64,000 nt of DNA from positions 9,222-73,221 of the forward strand of contig JAWADS010000001.1 in NCBI GenBank assembly GCA_038998625.1, written 5' to 3'. Position 1 is the stretch's first letter. Each line of letters opens with the position of its first letter. The position numbers and the translations under genes are program-made. The notes under the pieces are model-generated. The model worked only from the letters and a program-made list of their open reading frames with translations. It was not told where the DNA came from and did no database searches. This document shows, piece after piece, positions 10,796 through 21,309 of this stretch. The stretch is from Candidatus Aenigmatarchaeota archaeon. Lineage in GTDB: Archaea; Aenigmatarchaeota; Aenigmatarchaeia; CG10238-14; SCSR01.

Positions 10796-11611
10796 TTATT
10801 TTACTTCTTCTCTCAACTCTCCTCTTAACACATCTCTTCTTGCTCTTAGGGCTGCTAAAGTTTCTTGTATCTTAGGTATATCTTCAGGTTTAGCCTCTTT
10901 TAAAGCTCTTTCTAATTTGGCAATCTCACTATTTATCCTTCTCAATTCATCTGTTATCGTCCGCACAATCTCTACTCTACCATATGCAACACTAACACCT
11001 CTATAAGCTAGGAAAAATGCACTAAGAATAAACATTGCAACAAACAAAAGCACAGCATAGAATCCTAAAAAGACAGCAAACATCACATTAATGAATTTTG
11101 CAAATAAACCAAATGGAATTGTAAGAAATGTTACAAGAAAAGCTATTGTTCTAGCAAGGTTTGGAGATGCTGGAAACAAACGCAATTCTTTTAGAAAGGC
11201 ATAAACTAAAATAAAGATTACAGCAAATGGAATTAAAACTAAGTAAATAAATGCCGGCAACCACAACCAATCTCTAGATATGCCTAATATTTCAAAAATA
11301 GTCACCACTATTTCAGGTAATTCGAATCTTCTCCAGTCACTTGGAACATTAAAGGTTATACCTGAAAATGAGGGGAAAAGGAAAACTATAAGTAAAAACA
11401 GGGCAAATAATATCATTCCAATTGGCAATCCTATTTTCGGGCCTTTAATTCCTATAAATAAGAAAAGAATGATTAATACAAAAATTATTATAGTCAGAAG
11501 GGCTATACTTATTTCAAATCCTCCAATATTAATTTCTTGTGCTAAAGCTAATTGGGGCAGCAATAAAATAAAAGTAAAAACTGTTAATAGAAATTTTTTC
11601 ATATACCTCAT
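10796..11611 (-). CDS. signal-peptide membrane protein, paralog family member E with C-terminal coiled coil
   Basis: Signal peptide MKKFLLTVFTFILLLPQLALAQ; internal LGISRDWLWLPAFIYLVLIPF motif; C-terminal charged coiled coil. Confidence 0.45.
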   Translation of the reverse strand: MRYMKKFLLTVFTFILLLPQLALAQEINIGGFEISIALLTIIIFVLIILFLFIGIKGPKIGLPIGMILFALFLLIVFLFPSFSGITFNVPSDWRRFELPEIVVTIFEILGISRDWLWLPAFIYLVLIPFAVIFILVYAFLKELRLFPASPNLARTIAFLVTFLTIPFGLFAKFINVMFAVFLGFYAVLLFVAMFILSAFFLAYRGVSVAYGRVEIVRTITDELRRINSEIAKLERALKEAKPEDIPKIQETLAALRARRDVLRGELREEVK

Positions 11612-11855
11612 AATTTTATTAGTTTTTTAACTTTTTAAATAAATTAAAATTTTAGAAGCAATACCGATAAACTGAAGACTTTAGAGATTTATAGGTAAAA
11701 TAACTTTAAATCCTACATTATTTTTAAGATTAATGCATCAACATGGATATGAAGATAAAATAAAATTGAGCAACATATACTTAAAAGGTCAATGAGACGT
11801 TTTTTTAACGCTAAGCTTAGATTCAGATGAAAGATTAAGATATTGTGAAACCCGA

Positions 11856-12299
11856 ATGCACCCCAGAGACATTTTTAATATTTTATTAATCATTATTAGA
11901 AGAGTAGTAAGTGGAAATGCTATAATACCACCTGTTCGTTTTGGCATAGAAAAAGTGGTATCAAGCAAAACTTCGGAAGATTTAAAAAGTTTACCATCTA
12001 TAGGTAAAACTATGTTAGGGAGGCGTATTTATCCATTTTTCGCAGCATTTAATGCTTTTATAAGAGAGTTATTAAGAGAAGATGAGATTGAAAGGAGATA
12101 CTGGGCAGGATATCATATTTCACAAATCGAAAGATTTAAGGAGGAAGGGAAACAAATGATGAGAGATGCAATCAAAGAATATGAAAATCTGGGAAATTTT
12201 TCAAAGGCATGGTTTTTATATTATAACATGGGTGACTCAGAAAACGCCGATAGGGCTCTTAAACAATATTATCTTAAAAAATATGATATAGAACCTTAA
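11856..12299 (+). CDS. hypothetical protein
   Basis: 147-aa ORF, no recognisable motif. Confidence 0.3.
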   Translation: MHPRDIFNILLIIIRRVVSGNAIIPPVRFGIEKVVSSKTSEDLKSLPSIGKTMLGRRIYPFFAAFNAFIRELLREDEIERRYWAGYHISQIERFKEEGKQMMRDAIKEYENLGNFSKAWFLYYNMGDSENADRALKQYYLKKYDIEP

Positions 12300-12348
12300 A
12301 ACTTCTAGCTTTTAATATTTTAAAAAACAATTTAAAAATTAGAGAAAA

Positions 12349-13170
12349 ATGAATGTTGGGCAGTTTTTTATTTTGGCTCTATTTTTAACTTTTTTAGTTT
12401 TTATTTTACCTGTTATTTTAACCGAGTTCGGGGTTTTGTCGCCTAATATTGTTTCTCTTTTTGAACGAGTTAAAGATATTTTGATTGTTAAAATATTAGG
12501 TTATTCGCCAGAGGCTGCGAGGTTCCCAGATGTGATTTTTACTATAATTCTTCCATTTGGTATAGCTCTAGCTGTTATATTAATTTTCTTAGATTTCATG
12601 CAGAAAAACATCTTTCCTAATGTTTCTCCATCTCTCTTCTTTTTCCTAGGATGGTTTATTTCCTTAATTGCTACAAGATTTTTTGGCCCTATCATATCAG
12701 GTATTTATGCAGGCCTAGGGTTTTATGCAACAGTTGCATTTGGAGCTATATTGATAATAACAATAGCTATAGCATTTAAATTAACTGGTGCTGGCCTGAT
12801 GGGGCTTTTTGTTGCAGGTATAATTGGTGTAATTTTTTCTTTTGGTGGTTTATGGTTTATGGAATATTTAGGATTAACGAAAGTTGGTTTTGGGAATATA
12901 ATTTGGTTAAGTATATTTACAGGTGCTATGGCTGTTGGATTAACATATATGTATGCACGACAAGTGAGAGCTATAGCCCCACAGGTAATAACAGATATAG
13001 ATAGAAGGCTTACTGATTTACACAATGCGTATAATGAACTACTTGCGAAAATAAATCCAGAATTGCCAGCTGAGCAACAGGCGAAATTATATGCTGAACT
13101 GGCAAACTTAAGAACAGAAATAGCTGCATTAGAAGAACAAAAAAGAAAGCTTTTAATTGAAACAGCTTAA
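12349..13170 (+). CDS. membrane protein, paralog family member F with C-terminal coiled coil
   Basis: ILGYSPEAARFPDVIFTIILPFGIALAVILIFLDF motif; C-terminal AEQQAKLYAELANLRTEIAALEEQ. Confidence 0.45.
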   Translation: MNVGQFFILALFLTFLVFILPVILTEFGVLSPNIVSLFERVKDILIVKILGYSPEAARFPDVIFTIILPFGIALAVILIFLDFMQKNIFPNVSPSLFFFLGWFISLIATRFFGPIISGIYAGLGFYATVAFGAILIITIAIAFKLTGAGLMGLFVAGIIGVIFSFGGLWFMEYLGLTKVGFGNIIWLSIFTGAMAVGLTYMYARQVRAIAPQVITDIDRRLTDLHNAYNELLAKINPELPAEQQAKLYAELANLRTEIAALEEQKRKLLIETA

Positions 13171-13802
13171 CCTTCCTTTTTCACTTTTTGTACAACATCA
13201 ACTAAGTTTCTTACACTTTCTATTAAAGCTGGTAAAGTTTCTTTGAAAGCTTTTTCTAAACCCGAAACCCTAGAAGATATATCATTAAAGCCTTGTGTTA
13301 CATCTTCCAATTTTGCCACAACATCCTTTTGTTTAATTAAAGCTAGTCCACTCTGAGATAACTCATTTACTTTTTTAGACAAATTTTCAACTTTTTCTGT
13401 TAATTTAGTGAAGTTCTCATTTATTTTATCAATCTTTTCATTTACTTCATCTATTCTAAATTCAACAATATAATCAATATAGTCTTCTAAGGTGTACTCT
13501 GAGGCAGAAGAAGGTAAAGATGTTTCAGGTATTTCTAAAGGTTTGTTGGATTTTTCTATTTCTTCATAAGTTGGCAACTCTTTTTTTTCTTCCTTTTGTG
13601 GCGGGGATTGAACATTAACTTTTAAAGCTTCGCTCAAAGCTTTATCTATTTCATCTGCAGAAAAGCCTTCCTTTCTTAAGGCATCTATTATTTCAGTTTC
13701 AAAAAATCCCTTAGAAGCCATCTCTTTAACTCTATCAACAGGAACATAGCCTTTACCAATAATTACAGCTGGCTCTTTTTTCTTTAAGAAGGGTATTACC
13801 AT
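13167..13802 (-). CDS. coiled-coil protein, hypothetical (pilus-locus associated)
   Basis: 211 aa, C-terminal two thirds heptad-rich; directly upstream of pilus ATPase locus on the opposite strand. Confidence 0.4.
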   Translation of the reverse strand: MVIPFLKKKEPAVIIGKGYVPVDRVKEMASKGFFETEIIDALRKEGFSADEIDKALSEALKVNVQSPPQKEEKKELPTYEEIEKSNKPLEIPETSLPSSASEYTLEDYIDYIVEFRIDEVNEKIDKINENFTKLTEKVENLSKKVNELSQSGLALIKQKDVVAKLEDVTQGFNDISSRVSGLEKAFKETLPALIESVRNLVDVVQKVKKEG

Positions 13803-13830
13803 AGTTAATAATTTGTTTTTTAAATTTAAA

Positions 13831-14214
13831 TCAAGTCCCTTTTAATAGGATTTTTTCTTCAAGTTCTTTTAATTCCTCTTTAGTAACAAATTTTGATTTT
13901 ACTGGGTTAAACATTTCCACAAATGTTTCTATTACTTTTAACTCAGACTTTGTGGCTGCCTTATCCAAACTTTTCTTTAGTTTTATAACTTCATTTTCAA
14001 ATTGGTCTATCCTTTCCGAAATTTTTTTTATCTGTTCTAAAATTTCTGCTGTATTCTCTTTCATATTATCTCTTAATGCTTTTAAGTTATTGTTAAGAGA
14101 ATCTATGCTTATTTCTATTGTATCTATTCTTTGCTCTAAAGTTTTAATTCTCCTTGAGTCTTCATTCATTCTTCTAACTAGTTCATTTGCTAAAACTTTA
14201 ATATCTTCTACCAC
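13831..14214 (-). CDS. coiled-coil protein, hypothetical
   Basis: 127 aa almost entirely coiled coil. Confidence 0.4.
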   Translation of the reverse strand: MVEDIKVLANELVRRMNEDSRRIKTLEQRIDTIEISIDSLNNNLKALRDNMKENTAEILEQIKKISERIDQFENEVIKLKKSLDKAATKSELKVIETFVEMFNPVKSKFVTKEELKELEEKILLKGT

Positions 14215-14251
14215 AATTAAAGATTTAGTTTTCTATGAATAAATTTTATTT

Positions 14252-16486
14252 ATGCCAGTAGAATATGAAATTGTTGATAAGGTTTTAAAGATAAATGCTC
14301 GAAATTGGGCGATTTCTTCAAGTATTGAGGATTCAGAAGCTGCGATGGCTGTTGTTATTGATAGGCTTATGGAAGCTAAAGATATTGAAAAGATAATAAT
14401 TTCGGATGTTAGAGATAATGAATATGATTACACACAAGTTAAAATTTTAAAAGAAATAGCAGATGCCTATGAAAAGCTTTTAAGTGTTGAAAATATTTTG
14501 AATAAAAATTTTGGTTGTGAACAGCATGCTGCCCAAAGAGTTTCTCAAATAAAATTTTTAATTTTTGAAGTCTTAAGGAAAGACCCTATTCTTGCTTATG
14601 CAAGGGTAAATATGCTAATAACTTTATTATTAAAAAGGATTTTATATCAAAATGAAAAGGAGCAGAGTTGTAGTTATAATTATTTAAATAATGTTTTATA
14701 TCCTATAAAAGAGGCTTTAGAGGCCACAACTTTAATTCAAAGGGTCAGGCCTTATTTAAGATTTTATAGATTTGGTGATAGAACTCTTTACAGAGAGATA
14801 TTTTTCCCCATCGTCAGACCTAGCTTTATGCAAACAAGCTTTAAGATTAAAATTCCCTTTGGCTCAGAGCTTGTTGATAAATATTACATTCTTGACGATA
14901 CATTGGTGCAAGTATTTAAAGTTCCTGGAAACGTTAGATATTTGTATCTAATTATTCCACCAGAATTTAGGCTTTCGGAGGAAGATTATAAAGTTCTTGA
15001 TTTAGCTAGAAAATATTTAGTGGAGCACAAACCTTTAGAAGAAATTACTGAGCCAGAAAAAACTAGAGAAATTTTTATAGCCTATGGAAAAGATTTAATA
15101 AAAAACATAATTAGAGATTTGGGGTTGAAGGTAAGTGAAAAGATTGATACTTTAGCTTCGATATTGGCTAGATATACTGCTGGTTTTGGTGTATTAGAGT
15201 TATTGTTATCAGATGAAAAAGTTCAAGATGTGGTTATTAATTCACCTATAGGTTCTAATCCTATTTATATTTATCATTCAGATTTTGAAGAATGCGAAAC
15301 CAATTTAATCCCTAGTTTGCAAGATGCTGAAAGTTGGGCAACACGTTTTAGATTATATTCTGGTAGACCTTTAGATGAAGCAAATCCTGTTTTAGACACA
15401 GAACTCAATTTACCTTGGGGCAGAGCTAGGGTAGCAGCAATAACAAAGACATTGTCCCCTTATGGTCTAGCTTTTGCTTTTAGAAGGCATAGAGAAAGGC
15501 CATGGACCTTTCCTTTATTTATGAAAGTAAAATATTTTGACCCATTGTTTGCTGGCCTAATGAGCTTTATCATCGACGGCGGAAGGTCTTTATTAATTGC
15601 TGGTGGTCGTAGCTCGGGTAAAACTTCTCTGCTAAACGCTTGTATGCTAGAGATAATGAGAAAGTTCAGAATAATTGTACAAGAAGATACTTTAGAGTTA
15701 AATGTACCTCTAATGATACAACTTGGTTATAATGTACAAAGATTGAAATCTCGCTCTGTAATTACAAAGGTTGAAATAGAGCTACCTCCAGATGAAGCTT
15801 TAAGGACTGCCCTAAGGCTTGGAGATTCTGCTTTAATTGTGGGTGAAGTAAGGTCTTCGGAAAGCGTTGCTTTGTTTGAGGCTATGAGGATCGGTGCCTT
15901 AGCCCATACAGTTGCAGGAACAATACATGGTGAATCAGCTTATGGAGTTTATGATAGGGTTGTTAATGATTTAGGAGTTAAGCCCACAAGTTTTAAGGCA
16001 ATAGATTTAATTGTTTTATCTAATATGTTGCGCTCACCAGATGGATTGCATAGATTCAGAAGGGTTGTTGAGGTTACTGAATTAAGAAAGAAATGGAAAG
16101 AAGATCCTTTAGAAGAGGGAGCTTTTGTTAATTTAATGGAATATTCAGCTAAAGAAGATAGGCTTAAACCAACTGATATTTTAATTTATGGTGAATCAGA
16201 AATTCTAAATGAAATAGCTAAAAGAGTTAGAGAATGGAAAGGAGCTTGGGATTTGGTCTGGGAAAATATTTTACTAAGAGCCAAAATTAAACAGGCTATG
16301 GTTAATTTTGCAGAAAAATTAAATAGACCAGAAATTTTAGAGGCAGATTGGGTTGTAGATAGCAATGAAGTATTTCATTTAATTTCCGATCAAGTTTTAC
16401 AGGAAGTTGGAAGCTTAGATTCAAAGTTGATTTATGAAAGATGGTTAGCTTATTTCAAAGAAAAATTAAAAGCTAGAATTAAATAA
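14252..16486 (+). CDS. type II/IV secretion-system ATPase (FlaI/TadA/PilB family) with roughly 430-aa N-terminal extension
   Basis: Walker A LIAGGRSSGKTS; Asp box IIVQEDTLEL; Walker B/His box LGDSALIVGEVRSSE...LAHTVAGTIHGES. Confidence 0.8.
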   Translation: MPVEYEIVDKVLKINARNWAISSSIEDSEAAMAVVIDRLMEAKDIEKIIISDVRDNEYDYTQVKILKEIADAYEKLLSVENILNKNFGCEQHAAQRVSQIKFLIFEVLRKDPILAYARVNMLITLLLKRILYQNEKEQSCSYNYLNNVLYPIKEALEATTLIQRVRPYLRFYRFGDRTLYREIFFPIVRPSFMQTSFKIKIPFGSELVDKYYILDDTLVQVFKVPGNVRYLYLIIPPEFRLSEEDYKVLDLARKYLVEHKPLEEITEPEKTREIFIAYGKDLIKNIIRDLGLKVSEKIDTLASILARYTAGFGVLELLLSDEKVQDVVINSPIGSNPIYIYHSDFEECETNLIPSLQDAESWATRFRLYSGRPLDEANPVLDTELNLPWGRARVAAITKTLSPYGLAFAFRRHRERPWTFPLFMKVKYFDPLFAGLMSFIIDGGRSLLIAGGRSSGKTSLLNACMLEIMRKFRIIVQEDTLELNVPLMIQLGYNVQRLKSRSVITKVEIELPPDEALRTALRLGDSALIVGEVRSSESVALFEAMRIGALAHTVAGTIHGESAYGVYDRVVNDLGVKPTSFKAIDLIVLSNMLRSPDGLHRFRRVVEVTELRKKWKEDPLEEGAFVNLMEYSAKEDRLKPTDILIYGESEILNEIAKRVREWKGAWDLVWENILLRAKIKQAMVNFAEKLNRPEILEADWVVDSNEVFHLISDQVLQEVGSLDSKLIYERWLAYFKEKLKARIK

Positions 16487-16518
16487 AAATCATTTGATTC
16501 AAATCACAAAATATTTTT

Positions 16519-18468
16519 ATGTATGAGAAAGAAAAGAGTCATTTTAGAAAAGAGAAAAAGATATTAATCTACGAAAAATTGTGCAGTATTTTTAACAATT
16601 TCCCTTCCATTATTCCTAATTATTTTAAAAGGAAATATGATGAAGCAATAATTTTTTCACATATCGATGTTAATTCAAATAGTGCTTTTTGGTTAGGAAT
16701 AACAATACCTATTCTTATATTAGCTATACCTTCCTTGATATTAAGTCTTTTCAATTTATTATCTCCTTCGATTTTTTTGGCCTTTGTCTTTTCGGCAGCT
16801 TATTCTTCATATTATTTCTTAAGCTTTCCTTTGAACTATGCTACTGAATTTAGGTTAAAGGCCACTTCAGAAATGGTTTTATGTGTAAATTATATGGTAA
16901 TAAGTCTGAGAATTTCTCCGAATTTAGAAAATGCTATAAAATTTGCCTCTGAAAATTTAAAGAGTGCATTGGGCTACGATTTGAGAATGGTTTTGTGGAA
17001 TGTCTATACAGGAAAATATTATTCTACCCAAGAAGGTTTTGATCATTTTATTAACAAATGGAAAAGGGAAAACGAAGAATTTGCAGAAGCCTTAACTCTG
17101 TTAAAATCTGCAGTTTTTAAAACTGCTGAAGAAAGGGAAAGGTTTTTATCTAATGCATTAAGAGTGATAATTGACGGATCCAAAACAAGGATTAAAAAAT
17201 ACTCAAGAGAATTAAGGGCTCCAATTGGTGCAGTAAATGCTCTTGGCATATTGCTTCCAGCTTTAGGTCTCGTTTTGATTTCTGTTTTTGCTTTTTTCCT
17301 ACCTTTTAAAATTCCAGCCATTTCTTTTGTTTTAGTTTTTAATTTGATTATACCGGTTATAATTTATTCTTTGTTGAATAACATCCTTTCTAAAAGACCA
17401 TTTTCCTTTCCAGTACCAGATATAACAATTCATCCAAAGTTCAAAAAAGAAAAAACAATTTTGAAAGGAATAATTTCTCTATTACCTTTTATAGCTTTCT
17501 TATCTTATTCTATTCTATCTTTAAGCAGATTACAGAAAGGAGATTTTTTAGGAGAATTAATTTATTCTTTGTTAATAATACTCGGCTTAGCTTTTTCTAT
17601 CATCTTATATGTTTTGTTAATCCATTATCCAAAACTCAAATTAAGGAATGAAATTGAATCTATTGAGTCTGAATTTCCCGATGCTTTATATCAATTGAGC
17701 TTTCAATTAGAAAAAGGATTGCCTATGGAGAGCGCCATTGAATCAATTTTACCTAGAATTAAAACATTACATGTTAAAAATTTCCTTAAAAAAATTAGGG
17801 AAAATATATTAACTTTAGGGCTTACGTTTGAAAGTGCCATTTTCGATAAAAAGTTGGGCGCTATATACTATTTTCCTTCTAAACTTTTAGAAAGTATAAT
17901 GGGCATGGTAGCTAGCATTATGAAAAAAGGTCTAAAAGAAGTATCTAGTTCTATGAGAACTGTATCCAAATATTTATTGGACACTCAAGATGTAATGGAA
18001 AATTTTAGGGATATTTTGAGCGAGTCTGTGGCAGAAATGACCATTCAAAAATATTTACTTTTTCCCATCGTTTCTGCTGTAATAATTGCAATAATTGCGA
18101 TGATATTTCAAGTTTTCTTTATTTTAGGAAATCTGTCAGAAAAATTTATTAAGGGATTAGAAGTGCCTACCGATGTAGGGGAAATAATAAGTGAAGAAAT
18201 AATGTTCGGGTTTTTAAATCTGTCTAATGTTGTGCCTACTTATCAAATTCAGCTGATTGTCGGGTTTTATTTGATTGAGATGATTTTTATTTTATCTTCG
18301 ACTCAAATTATAATTAGCAGAGGAGATGATGTAATATTAAAAAGCGTAGACTTAATGAAGAGTTTAATTGTTGCCATGAGCATTTATTCTTTAGCTTCAA
18401 TCCTATTTTACATAGCTTTTTCTGGTTTAGCTTCTTCTGTCGTCACCAATCTGGGGCAAGTAGGATAG
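16519..18468 (+). CDS. type IV pilus/archaellum assembly platform membrane protein (FlaJ/TadC/PilC-like)
   Basis: 649-aa polytopic membrane protein immediately downstream of secretion ATPase; two TM-bundle regions separated by cytoplasmic domains as in FlaJ. Confidence 0.65.
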   Translation: MYEKEKSHFRKEKKILIYEKLCSIFNNFPSIIPNYFKRKYDEAIIFSHIDVNSNSAFWLGITIPILILAIPSLILSLFNLLSPSIFLAFVFSAAYSSYYFLSFPLNYATEFRLKATSEMVLCVNYMVISLRISPNLENAIKFASENLKSALGYDLRMVLWNVYTGKYYSTQEGFDHFINKWKRENEEFAEALTLLKSAVFKTAEERERFLSNALRVIIDGSKTRIKKYSRELRAPIGAVNALGILLPALGLVLISVFAFFLPFKIPAISFVLVFNLIIPVIIYSLLNNILSKRPFSFPVPDITIHPKFKKEKTILKGIISLLPFIAFLSYSILSLSRLQKGDFLGELIYSLLIILGLAFSIILYVLLIHYPKLKLRNEIESIESEFPDALYQLSFQLEKGLPMESAIESILPRIKTLHVKNFLKKIRENILTLGLTFESAIFDKKLGAIYYFPSKLLESIMGMVASIMKKGLKEVSSSMRTVSKYLLDTQDVMENFRDILSESVAEMTIQKYLLFPIVSAVIIAIIAMIFQVFFILGNLSEKFIKGLEVPTDVGEIISEEIMFGFLNLSNVVPTYQIQLIVGFYLIEMIFILSSTQIIISRGDDVILKSVDLMKSLIVAMSIYSLASILFYIAFSGLASSVVTNLGQVG

Positions 18469-18574
18469 TATGGGCAGCAATTTTATTTCTTATATTAATG
18501 ATTGCATTGTTAGTTCTTTTATACTCCTCTAGCTTAGGAATTATTATGGGTTACTTTAAGCAGAGGTTATTTGG

Positions 18575-18769
18575 ATGACTTTAGCTACTGAACAAATTTT
18601 TTTAGCCATAATTTTCATTTTGGCAATAATTCTTGCAATTATTTTTATTGTTTTAATGAACCCAACTATAAGAATGATGATTTTAGGTTTACCTAAGACC
18701 ATTTGTGAAAAGATAATACCAAGTTTTATTTTAAATGCTCTGAGATTTCTTCATTTAGCTCCATGTTGA
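18575..18769 (+). CDS. small hydrophobic protein, possible minor pilin
   Basis: 64 aa with N-terminal hydrophobic helix; lacks a clear K/R-G class III motif. Confidence 0.25.
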   Translation: MTLATEQIFLAIIFILAIILAIIFIVLMNPTIRMMILGLPKTICEKIIPSFILNALRFLHLAPC

Positions 18770-18806
18770 TTTTACCTTTTTTTATTTCAAAATCAATTAA
18801 TTTAAT

Positions 18807-19472
18807 ATGGCTACAGGTTTATCTTGGTCTGTTTCGCTTATCTTTGCAATTATCATTGGAATATTGATTGTTTTATTAATTTTTGGCGTGGGGAGTGCAC
18901 TAATTCCGGCTATTGCCGATAGAGCTATGAGCTTTGTGTGTAATTTTCCCATCATGGATGTTACTATTTGTAAAGCTTATGCTGAGAAAAGAACTGTGGA
19001 AGTTTGTTTTGAAAAAGAAGGGTGGGGCCAATTACAAGAAGGAATAAGGGAAGAGAGAAAAATAACTTTAACTTTTATTGCTAGACCATTTGAGCTAATT
19101 CCAATTTATAAATGCTCGGAAAGTCATCAAGCCGTTATTAAAGGAGACCCACCAATACTTTCTTGTAATGTATTAATCTCAAATTCTATAAAAAAGCAAT
19201 TTCGTATAGATGTAAAAGTTCCTGTTGAAGTGGTACGCCCCCCACAGACCGATATTCTAATTATTAAACCAAAAGATGACCCAACAATAACAATTTGGAA
19301 AGCTAATGTGAAATATTCAATCGGGGATAGCTCTTGTGGTGTAACTATAGGAGATTCATCCTCACCCGAAAAGCTGACAAAAGGCGAGAGCATTACTTAT
19401 GATGGTTTAAGAGTAACCCTTAAAGATTACGGAATAGGGGGTTTCATTTTTGAATTGTTTTATTCTAAATAA
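18807..19472 (+). CDS. pilin-like protein with class III (type IV prepilin-like) signal peptide
   Basis: MATGLSWSVSLIFAIIIGILIVLLIF N-terminus; Cys-containing extracellular domain. Confidence 0.5.
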   Translation: MATGLSWSVSLIFAIIIGILIVLLIFGVGSALIPAIADRAMSFVCNFPIMDVTICKAYAEKRTVEVCFEKEGWGQLQEGIREERKITLTFIARPFELIPIYKCSESHQAVIKGDPPILSCNVLISNSIKKQFRIDVKVPVEVVRPPQTDILIIKPKDDPTITIWKANVKYSIGDSSCGVTIGDSSSPEKLTKGESITYDGLRVTLKDYGIGGFIFELFYSK

Positions 19473-19509
19473 ATACTTTTAAATAAATGTAAAATCAAAT
19501 TATTATAAA

Positions 19510-19911
19510 ATGGTTTTAAATAAAAAAGGTTTATCAACTTTAACTATTGTAGTAATAGCTCTTATAATTGCAATCATATTAGGTTTTTTAATATTTTCAG
19601 GTTCTGCTTTTCAACTAGGGCGTGGAACGAGTATAGGTGCGGGAATAGGTTGTTCTCAAGTTCTTAGAGCTATGTGTGCAGATTATAAGGAGCAAACTAA
19701 TGGATTATATGATCCCGGAAGATACCCAACAATACTTCAAGCGCATCTAAAGAATATAGAGGATAATTGTAAAAGGGAAGAGGTATATTGTGATCCAAGT
19801 AAGCCAGGTTGTAGAATTAATTTAAATGATGTAGGAAATGTAATAGTATATTGTTGTGGTTCTGTTGGTGGCGACATATCTGTATGTCGGCCTCAAGCGC
19901 CTCCACAATAA
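19510..19911 (+). CDS. archaeal type IV pilin-like protein, Cys-rich
   Basis: MVLNKKGLSTLTIVVIALIIAIILGF matches the class III signal-peptide consensus ([KR]G then hydrophobic); 8 Cys in a 100-aa globular part. Confidence 0.65.
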   Translation: MVLNKKGLSTLTIVVIALIIAIILGFLIFSGSAFQLGRGTSIGAGIGCSQVLRAMCADYKEQTNGLYDPGRYPTILQAHLKNIEDNCKREEVYCDPSKPGCRINLNDVGNVIVYCCGSVGGDISVCRPQAPPQ

Positions 19912-20056
19912 TGAACATGCTATAAGTATAACAGTTCTTCAAGATATTCTGAGATAGATAAAGTATATAGCATATTAGAACTTGTTATTGTAGACCAGAA
20001 TAGCGATCCTTTTTTTAAATTAAAAGCTAAAAATTTGAATAAAATTCTCTATTTTT

Positions 20057-20521
20057 TCACTTTTTTAAAGTTATATTTTCTGTTCTTTCCAATGTTAATA
20101 TATAACCTTTAGCTAAAATTTCTAACTTACAATCCTCTTTTCCAACAAATCTTTTTGTCGAGACATTTAATTCAAAACAATCCCCGGCTATCAAATTCAG
20201 TTTTTCTTTTACTAGGTTTTCATCTATTTTCATTTCTCCTAATTGTTCTATTTTGCATATAAAAGGCATATTACAAGATAACTTTTTTATGGGTCTTATT
20301 CCTGATAGCCAAAAACTAAAGTTACGATAGAAATTCATATCTGAAAGAAAGGCCAACAAACTGTCGTGGGCATCGGTGAATTGCATTTCATTTCTTGTTA
20401 AACCAACAATATGGAATTTCAAAAAGAAAAAATTTAAAATTCCAGATAGTAGTATAGCAATGGAAAAAAGTACTAAGGCAACGGCTAAAGAGATTAAAGA
20501 CAGGCCTTTTTTCACCATCAA
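20057..20521 (-). CDS. archaeal type IV pilin-like protein
   Basis: MMVKKGLSLISLAVALVLFSIAILL class III signal peptide. Confidence 0.6.
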   Translation of the reverse strand: MMVKKGLSLISLAVALVLFSIAILLSGILNFFFLKFHIVGLTRNEMQFTDAHDSLLAFLSDMNFYRNFSFWLSGIRPIKKLSCNMPFICKIEQLGEMKIDENLVKEKLNLIAGDCFELNVSTKRFVGKEDCKLEILAKGYILTLERTENITLKK

Positions 20522-21309
20522 CTCACCTCAAAACTTTGCAAAACTAATCTACCTATTTTGTATCCATCAACTGTAAAATCATAAAGAATTACAGGAAAAG
20601 CATCCATTGAGTAAGTTGATGAGGAGAAAGATTTAGATAGTTCTTTTTCAAAACAAGTTTTTGTTGTGGCCAAGTCAAACACATCTAAGCTTACTCTTTT
20701 TCCTTCTCCCACTTCAATAACAATTCCGATGGGTAGGAATCTGAAGAGAGCTTGAAATAAAACATCTGTAATTCTTATATTTTGGATAGCACATCTAAAA
20801 AAGTTCATAATAGCCCCTTCTGCCAATAAAGCTTCGCCATGACCTCTATAAACCCATTTTTTTCCATCTTCCAAATTTAGTATTGTAAGTAGATGGGCAG
20901 TGTTGGGATATGAATAACTTGCGAATAAGTTATTTTCAGATATTTCATCTAGTTTGGTTATGTTAAAAACCAAATACTCAGAATACTTTTTTGTAATATC
21001 TACATTTGGTTGAATCAAAGAATATTTATTTAATGTCTTAGTGGTATTCTTCACTAAAAACTCCTTTGCTCCGATTAAGGCTTTACCTAAATTTATATTA
21101 TGCCTTCTCGCTTCGTTTTCGGTAATGATGGCATGCAAATTCAAATAACGTGCTATATAAAAGTAATAAATCATAACTGCTAGAAGAATCATTATTAAAA
21201 TTACAATAACATCAAAAAGTTCAGTAGTAGCTTTTTTATTAATCAAAAAATTTTTAACTTTCAAAATTTTATCCCTCTCTAATATCAAATTTTTCTCCGG
21301 CTTTTTCAA
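20518..21309 (-). CDS. membrane-anchored hypothetical protein (pilus locus)
   Basis: N-terminal TM; start overlaps previous gene stop (ATGA). Confidence 0.35.
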   Translation of the reverse strand: MKKPEKNLILERDKILKVKNFLINKKATTELFDVIVILIMILLAVMIYYFYIARYLNLHAIITENEARRHNINLGKALIGAKEFLVKNTTKTLNKYSLIQPNVDITKKYSEYLVFNITKLDEISENNLFASYSYPNTAHLLTILNLEDGKKWVYRGHGEALLAEGAIMNFFRCAIQNIRITDVLFQALFRFLPIGIVIEVGEGKRVSLDVFDLATTKTCFEKELSKSFSSSTYSMDAFPVILYDFTVDGYKIGRLVLQSFEVS

